A DNA stretch of 44,373 bases, taken from a virus. The stretch is taken from the IMG/VR virus record IMGVR_UViG_3300045988_033491, positions 1-44,373 of that record; one strand, 5' to 3'. Position 1 is the stretch's first letter; every line of letters begins with the position of its first letter. The notes below the pieces were generated by a model. It was not told the origin of the DNA. It searched no databases and saw nothing but the letters and a program-made list of their open reading frames with translations. Below are positions 43,830 through 44,373 of this stretch, in pieces. Both the position numbers and the translations under genes were made by a program.

Positions 43830-44373
43830 TTAATAATCGTTATTAAGAAATTCCATTGCGCCCGCTACATTCAAACGACTTTGCGGGGCTTGGTATTCCG
43901 GTTTCAAATGTAATTTCTTCTTTTCCACATCGCCACGAATGAAATTGCGTACCGTGGCAATCCAACCCGTCCGGGTGCGCTTAACTCCCTGTTTGGTTTC
44001 CGACCAATCGGCGACGGTATGGAAATAATAAACCAAATCGACCTTTTCAAATTCCGGCGTCGCAAATAGTTTTTCAAACTCGGAATAATCGTTTACGCCG
44101 TCCGCCCCAAACTTAACCAATTTGTAAACCTCGGAATTGCGAAATATAGACGTTCTTTTTTTATCCTTATCGTCAACCTTTTGTTCATCCGGGAACAAAT
44201 CCCCGACAACCCCGTTGGCGGGTTTATCCTTATCGGTATCTAAAGAGTTATCTATATTAGTATTTAATATAGGGTTGGATTTTCCTACCGGGGTGGTGGG
44301 ATTTTCCAACCGGGGGGGTGGTGGTGTTTCGCAACCGGGGTGGTGGGATTTTCCAACCGGGGGGGTGGTGGGA
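43830..44373 (-). CDS. 3' (C-terminal) part of the wrap-around replisome-organizer-like gene.
   Basis: The frame is open from the window end down to the stop at 43830. The track start at 44309 is a TTG inside the repeat. Joined with 1..299, the gene encodes about 268 aa. Confidence 0.6.
   Translation of the reverse strand, partial: PTTPPVGKSHHPGCETPPPPRLENPTTPVGKSNPILNTNIDNSLDTDKDKPANGVVGDLFPDEQKVDDKDKKRTSIFRNSEVYKLVKFGADGVNDYSEFEKLFATPEFEKVDLVYYFHTVADWSETKQGVKRTRTGWIATVRNFIRGDVEKKKLHLKPEYQAPQSRLNVAGAMEFLNNDY
44290..44373. repeat. Right part of the iteron-like tandem repeat array.
   Basis: Units at 44290-44311, 44312-44336 (variant ggtggtgtttcgcaacc) and 44337-44358, plus a partial unit at 44359-44373. 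Confidence 0.9.

Noticed and set aside
44290-44373. The terminal tandem repeats might be a CRISPR array.
   Set aside because: The units are directly adjacent with no spacers and lie inside an open reading frame. No cas genes are present. They fit iterons or terminal redundancy instead.

Overview
The window is a complete, closed tailed dsDNA phage genome of about 44.3 kb; bases 1-36 are identical to 44338-44373. It looks siphovirus-like, with a long tape measure gene and no recognisable sheath gene. Every credible gene is on the minus strand. Four promoters match the Bacteroidota TTTG-N19-TAnnTTTG consensus, so the host is probably a member of Bacteroidota.

Reading the minus strand:
- (1) Early replication/recombination block, 44373 down to 29665. 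It holds a replisome-organizer-like gene that wraps around the window ends and contains iteron-like repeats. It also holds a RuvC-like resolvase, an SMC/Rad50-like ATPase, a DUF2400/TIGR02757-like fusion protein and a DEDDh exonuclease. The rest are a TopoVIA/Spo11-like Toprim protein, NinG-like and NUMOD4/HNH endonucleases, SSB, a radical-SAM + ASCH pair and several Cys-rich ORFans.
- (2) A terminator and a candidate late promoter.
- (3) Late block, 29297 down to 6346: TerS, TerL, portal, scaffold, major capsid, tail genes, tape measure, baseplate/fibre, and a holin-amidase-spanin-like lysis cassette.
- (4) A strong terminator, then a second early/accessory block from 6030 down to 331 (ORFans, XRE regulator, PD-(D/E)XK nuclease) that runs back into the organizer gene.

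I recognised no integrase, DNA polymerase, helicase, primase, tRNA, CRISPR array or reverse transcriptase. All functional calls rest on motif recognition by eye plus synteny; none was verified by a database search.
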